The notes below the pieces were generated by a model. It worked only from the letters and a program-made list of their open reading frames with translations. It searched no databases and was not told the origin of the DNA. Of a DNA stretch of 15,336 nt, positions 10,436 to 15,336 are shown piece by piece. How positions within the stretch are numbered: the first letter of the stretch is position 1; each line of letters opens with the position of its first letter. This stretch comes from Octopus sinensis (lineage: Eukaryota): the NCBI RefSeq assembly GCF_006345805.1, contig NW_021825490.1, positions 1 through 15,336 on the forward strand, written 5' to 3'. The position numbers and the translations under genes are program-made.

Positions 10436-10913
10436 GCGGATATCATTATAAAAGATCAGACAAAAAGGATGTGTTTATTAATTGACGTGAGTATTCCTTG
10501 CGATCACAATATAGCGGCGAAAGAATTTGACAAGATTAGTAAATATAAAGACCTGCTAATAGAAATTGAAAAAATGTGGCATCTCAAGGCGACTACAGTA
10601 CCAGTGATTGTAGGATCTCTAGGAATGATAAGAAAAAGGTACTGAAACCTATTTGAAAATGATTCCAGGCTCACCATCCCTACAGGAAGTGCAAAACATC
10701 GTATTAACTGGAACGGCTCATGTACTGAGAAGAGCACTATCGCTGTGAAAATAACATCCATTCATGAATTTAGTTATTTATTAATTTTTAAATACATATT
10801 TTATCTGTGAATTTGCGCGTGTAATCTGGGAATGCATACAATGCCCTTCTCTGCCCTAGGTGTATGGAAAACACTCGGCGAGAAACGGAAGAAAATTTGA
10901 AGAAGGAAGGAAA
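10433..10913 (+). mobile_element. 5'-truncated R4/Dong-like non-LTR retrotransposon: restriction-like endonuclease C-terminus plus 3' UTR, flanked by (AAT)n at 10370-10432 and 10914-10958
   Basis: KADIIIKD...CLLIDVSIPCDHNIAAKEFDKISKYKDLLIEIEKMW...VPVIVGSLGMI matches the RLE pattern (P)D-x14-D...K..KY..L. Removing one A from the A5 run at 10633-10637 continues the frame as RKGTETYLKMIPG...LTGTAHVLRRALSL*, with stop at 10746-10748. Confidence 0.88.
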
Positions 10914-10958
<45 letters not shown>

Positions 10959-10959
<1 letters not shown>

Positions 10960-11037
10960 GGTAGTCATGATGGGTATATTGGGCTTCGTATATTTTACCC
11001 CAGTGTCACTTTGATGGCATGAACTGCTCTCTCACTC

Positions 11038-11090
<53 letters not shown>

Positions 11091-11112
11091 TAATAATGAC
11101 AATGATAATAAT
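10959..11112 (+). mobile_element. Interspersed repeat family 2, copy C: ~79-bp 3' fragment plus (AAT)n
   Basis: GGGTAGTCATGATGGG...CTCTCTCACTC is nearly identical to the end of copy A; (AAT)n on both sides. Confidence 0.88.
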
Positions 11113-11511
11113 ATATGTTACCACAACCATAATAAAAACACCAACGGCCAAAACCACAAAAGCAGCAACAATGATGATCATAAAATCCGTAGACGGAGAT
11201 ATAAAAAAGAAGAAAATGGCCGCTGAACTGTGTGGCTAATGTAAAGGTTTTAAGGAAATGGAGAAAATGTGGTGAACTATAAACGTATCTTATAAAAAGG
11301 AGAGTGGGGGAAAATAGGGGGAGAAAACTCTAGCCATTAAATCTGTCGCTATAGTTAATACTGCGATTTTTTTAGTCTACTTTAGTCCACTTAACTGTTT
11401 CGATCTGTCTGTATGTCTTTCTGTGACTATGTCTATGAAGACTTTTTTTAGTCTGTCTGCACGTCTTTCTCTCTCCGTCTCCTTGAATCTCTCTCTTTCT
11501 ACCGTTCTCTT

Positions 11512-11514
11512 TAA

Positions 11515-11570
<56 letters not shown>

Positions 11571-11571
11571 A

Positions 11572-11620
<49 letters not shown>

Positions 11621-11632
11621 CACCTATCGACA

Positions 11633-11668
<36 letters not shown>

Positions 11669-11680
11669 CACCTATCTACA

Positions 11681-11752
<72 letters not shown>

Positions 11753-11764
11753 CACCTATCTACA

Positions 11765-11852
<88 letters not shown>

Positions 11853-11864
11853 CACCTATCTACA

Positions 11865-11913
<49 letters not shown>

Positions 11914-11960
11914 GTCTGCCTGTCTGTCTGTCTGTCTGTATCCACCTACATACCTTTCTA
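11512..11960. repeat. (CT)n then (TATC)n array with a recurring variant cassette CACCTATCTACATA
   Basis: Cassette starts at 11621, 11669, 11753 and 11853; partial at 11943. Confidence 0.92.
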
Positions 11961-12319
11961 CCTATCTGTCGTTCTCTTTTTCTCTATGTATGAAAGTATG
12001 TATACATGTACATATGTATGTGCATATATATATATATATATATATACAACAATTGAGGGTAAAATTAATTAATTAATCAATTTCACCAAGTATTCAGTAT
12101 GCAAAGGGACCATTTAAGGCGAATTCAAATTATTAATTATATAAAAGGGCTTAGTAAAATAAATTACTTTGCCGCATACTGAACTCATTAGAAATAGCAG
12201 CCAAAAAAAAACTTTTCTAAAACTATTTCTAATACTTAAAGAAAACCTCTCTCATATAGTGTTTGCTCAATTCAACTCACGAAAGTATGGGGGTAGAGAC
12301 ATTAAAAAATCAAATGCAA

Positions 12320-12389
12320 AGGTTATTTGAGAACGTACGTTTCAAGATTAGTCAAACTCGACATTTCTATCATCAGCTCAGAACTCCCT
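12320..12389 (-). ncRNA. Type I hammerhead ribozyme motif, copy 1 (predicted cleavage between 12332 and 12331)
   Basis: Minus strand AGGGAGTTCTGAG-CTGATGA-TAGAAATGTCGAGTTTGACTAATCTT-GAAA-CGTACG-TT^CTCAAATAACCT. Complete catalytic core; helices I, II and III can all be formed. Confidence 0.8.
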
Positions 12390-12878
12390 GGTTTGGATTT
12401 GAAAACACTGAAAGTGGGAGCATACCCTTTCGGCTTCTTCTCGCTTCTGAAGATCTGCTCGACACTAACAGTGCCAACAAACTCAAATATGCAAGCGAAG
12501 AATTTCTGCTCTCCCCTTTCCACCAGCGTGGGTTAAAATCAGTAAACACTATGCTTTTTTCGGTAAAATCCGAGGCATTATATAGAGAGAGATGAATTAT
12601 AATTTCAACAATTGAGGGTAAAATTAATTAATTAATCAATTTCACCAAGTATTCAGTATGCAAAGGGACCATTTAAGGCGAATTCAAATTATTACATTAT
12701 ATAAAAGGGCTTAGTAAAATAAATTACTTTGCCGCATACTGAACTCATTAGAAATAGCAGCCAAAAAAAACTTTTCTAAAACTATTTCTAATACTTAAAG
12801 AAAACCTCTCTCATATAGTGTTTGCTCAATTCAACTCACGAAAGTATGGGGGTAGAGACATTAAAAAATCAAATGCAA

Positions 12879-12948
12879 AGGTTATTTGAGAACGTACGTT
12901 TCAAGATTAGTCAAACTCGACATTTCTATCATCAGCTCAGAACTCCAT
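12879..12948 (-). ncRNA. Type I hammerhead ribozyme motif, copy 2 (predicted cleavage between 12891 and 12890)
   Basis: Same motif; one substitution in the distal part of helix I. Confidence 0.8.
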
Positions 12949-13522
12949 GGTTTGGATTTGAAAACACTGAAAGTGGGAGCATACCTTTCGGCTTCTTCTC
13001 GCTTCTGAAGATCTGCTCGACACTAACAGTGCCAACAAACTCAAATATGCAAGCGAAGATTTCTGCTCTCCCCTTTCCACCAGCGTGGGTTAAAATCAGT
13101 AAACACTATGCTTTTTTCGGTAAAATCCGAGGCATTATATAGAGAGAGATGAATTATAATTTCAACAATTGAGGGTAAAATTAATTAATTAATCAATTTC
13201 ACCAAGTATTCAGTATGCAAAGGGACCATTTAAGGCGAATTCAAATTATTACATTATATAAAAGGGCTTAGTAAAATAAATTACTTTGCCGCATACTGAA
13301 CTCATTAGAAATAGCAGCCAAAAAAAACTTTTCTAAAACTATTTCTAATACTTAAAGAAAACCTCTCATATAGTGTTTGCTCAATTCAACTCACGAAAGT
13401 ATGGGGGTAGAGACATTAAAAAATCAAATGCAAAGGGTACTGTTAGTGTCGAGCAGATCTTCAGAAGCGAGAAGAAGCCGAAAGGGTATGCCTCCCACTT
13501 TCAGTGTTTTCAAATCCAAACC

Positions 13523-13591
13523 AGGGAGTTCTGAGCTGATGATAGAAATGTCGAGTTGACTAATCTTGAAACGTACGTTCTCAAATAACCT
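13523..13591 (+). ncRNA. Type I hammerhead ribozyme motif, copy 3 (predicted cleavage after 13579)
   Basis: CTGATGA at 13536-13542, GAAA at 13568-13571, GTT at 13577-13579. One T missing at the helix II loop. Confidence 0.78.
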
Positions 13592-14076
13592 TTGCATTGA
13601 TTTTTTAATGTCTCTACCCCCATACTTTCGTGAGTTGAATTGAGCAACACTATATGAGAGAGGTTTTCTTTAAGTATTAGAAATAGTTTTAGAAAAGTTT
13701 TTTTTGGCTGCTATTTCTAATGAGTTCAGTATGCGGCAAAGTAATTTATTTTACTAAGCCCTTTTATATAATGTAATAATTTGAATTCGCCTTAAATGGT
13801 CCCTTTGCATACTGAATACTTGGTGAAATTGATTAATTAATTAATTTTACCCTCAATTGTTGAAATTATAATTCATCTCTCTCTATATAATGCCTCGGAT
13901 TTTACCGAAAAAAGCATAGTGTTTACTGATTTTAACCCACGCTGGTGGAAAGGGGAGAGCAGAAATTCTTCGCTTGCATATTTGAGTTTGTTGGCACTGT
14001 TAGTGTCGAGCAGATCTTCAGAAGCGAGAAGAAGCCGAAAGGGTATGCTCCCACTTTCAGTGTTTTCAAATCCAAC

Positions 14077-14145
14077 AGGGAGTTCTGAGCTGATGATAGA
14101 AATGTCGAGTTTGACTATCTTGAAACGTACGTTCTCAAATAACCT
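14077..14145 (+). ncRNA. Type I hammerhead ribozyme motif, copy 4 (predicted cleavage after 14133)
   Basis: CTGATGA at 14090-14096, GAAA at 14122-14125, GTT at 14131-14133. Confidence 0.78.
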
Positions 14146-14319
14146 TTGCATTTGATTTTTTAATGTCTCTACCCCCATACTTTCGTGAGTTGAATGAGCA
14201 AACACTATATGAGAGAGGTTTTTTTTAAGTATTAGAAATAGTTTTAGAAAAGTTTTTTTTGGCTGCTATTTCTAATGAGTTCAGTATGCGGCAAAGTAAT
14301 TTATTTTACTAAGCCCTTT

Positions 14320-14320
<1 letters not shown>

Positions 14321-14373
<53 letters not shown>

Positions 14374-14537
14374 GTCACTTTGTAGGTACGCACGTACATA
14401 TGTACGTATGTATGCATACCTGCATGTATCTATGTCCACGTATGTATTATCTGTCTGTCTGTCTGTGTCTGTTTCTTCTGTCTATCTATCTATCTCTATC
14501 TATATCTATCTATCTATATACTATCTATCTATCTATA

Positions 14538-14583
<46 letters not shown>
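14321..14583. repeat. (TA)n (14321-14363) and (TGTC)/(TATC)n (about 14450-14583) microsatellites
   Basis: Direct reading. Confidence 0.92.
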
Positions 14584-14614
14584 AGTAACCTCTGTATTCT
14601 AATTCATTAGAACT

Positions 14615-15336
14615 ATGATCAAGATTGGTGTGTTAAATGCGCGTGGCTTGGGGTCCCATTGGAAACAAGGGTACCTCTTAAATGACATAAAGTCACATAA
14701 GTTAGAAATCATAGCCATAAGCGAGACCAGACTCCACAATCCGCGGGCCCTAAAGACCATGTTTGGCGGACAGTTCAACATTTATTTTTCCCCCTGTCTG
14801 CCGAGAATGGGCGGTAGTGGCACCGCGGTACTTTTTCACAAGAGTCTGGATCTCAATGTAAGGACAATATTCGTAGACCCGGAGGGTAGACTGGTCGTCC
14901 TGGATGTCGACGGCAGCAATGGGTGCGCTTTTCGGCTCGTATCAGTTTACGCACCGCCCTTAACAGGTCGGGCGGATTTCTTTCAACGTCTAGAAGTTTT
15001 CTTGGGAACGTCTCATCCTTTACTCTTAGTGGGGGATTGGAATGCTACCTTGGACACGCATGTAGACTACGTGGTAGAGATAGGAATAGACGGGGATGCA
15101 AATGCCTCAGAGACCTGCTCAGACGCTTTCAACTGTCTGACAGGTTCGACTAGACCACCCGAATGCGCCAACGTGGACATGGAGCAACCGCATCGGGTCG
15201 TCGAGATCGTATCTAGATAGGATACTGTGTAGGACAGTAGATAGAGATAGCCTAGGATGTCCACAATTCCACATAGTCAGCTACACGGATCACAAACTTG
15301 TGACATGTACGCTAGACTTAGGTAAGACACTTAGGC
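14615..15336 (+). mobile_element. L1/Tx1-like LINE ORF2 N-terminal APE endonuclease domain with two 1-nt frameshifts; runs off the window end
   Basis: Motifs LNARGL, ISETR, GSGTAVLF, EGRLVVLDV, VSVYAP and VGDWNATLD. After frameshifts near 15073 and 15147 it continues as LRDLLRRFQLSDRF, then DHPNAPTWTW, SYLDRIL and YTDHKLV, with no in-frame stop to 15336. Confidence 0.92.

Larger units (their letters stand above)
12047..13436 (-). mobile_element. Tandem array of a 559-bp hammerhead-bearing unit (about 2.5 copies); retrozyme or Penelope pseudo-LTR-like
   Basis: CAACAATTGAGGGTAAAA recurs at 12047, 12606 and 13163 (periods 559 and 557). Copies are near-identical. Strand is assigned from the ribozyme motif. 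Confidence 0.8.
13439..14327 (+). mobile_element. Inverted continuation of the same 559-bp unit (about 1.6 copies)
   Basis: Reverse complement of about 12136-13030; ends by merging into (TA)n. Confidence 0.8.

Noticed and set aside
12447-12500. CTGAAGA as a possible second hammerhead core on the opposite strand
   Set aside because: No properly placed GAAA, helix II or helix III follows.
12263-12595. Repeated 110-aa ORF (MLNSTHESMG...) in the 559-bp unit
   Set aside because: TTG start, antisense to the ribozyme strand, and no RT, GIY-YIG or other motif that I recognise. It recurs only because the unit is repeated.
13880-13891. CTCTATATAA as a TATA box upstream of the hammerhead
   Set aside because: Plausible for a pseudo-LTR promoter, but TATA-like strings are everywhere in this window, so there is no independent support.
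12047-15336. The adjacent L1/Tx1-like LINE as the mobiliser of the hammerhead array
   Set aside because: Only proximity supports it. About 290 bp of microsatellite separates them, no shared sequence is visible, and both may simply favour microsatellites.

Overview
Animal genomic DNA with no host exon that I can support. The tRNA-head SINE family and the extreme microsatellite density point to an octopus or other cephalopod; this is from recognition and needs a database check. The window is mostly microsatellites, and these explain nearly all listed ORFs. It also holds nine minus-strand segments of a tRNA-head SINE, three 3'-coterminal copies of a second repeat family, and three non-LTR retrotransposon pieces: an RTE/BovB-like 3' end with a 12-bp TSD, an R4/Dong-like restriction-like-endonuclease 3' end set in (TAA)n, and an L1/Tx1-like APE endonuclease start. 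The main finding is at 12047-14327. A 559-bp non-coding unit is repeated about 2.5 times, then inverts and repeats about 1.6 times, with (TA)n at both outer ends. Each complete pass carries a type I hammerhead ribozyme motif (CTGATGA...GAAA, GUU site, palindromic helix III), four copies in all. This resembles a retrozyme or Penelope pseudo-LTR array that could yield self-cleaving, possibly circular, ~559-nt RNAs. Copy differences are mostly 1-2-nt indels, so long-read error, and possibly an artefactual inversion, must be excluded.
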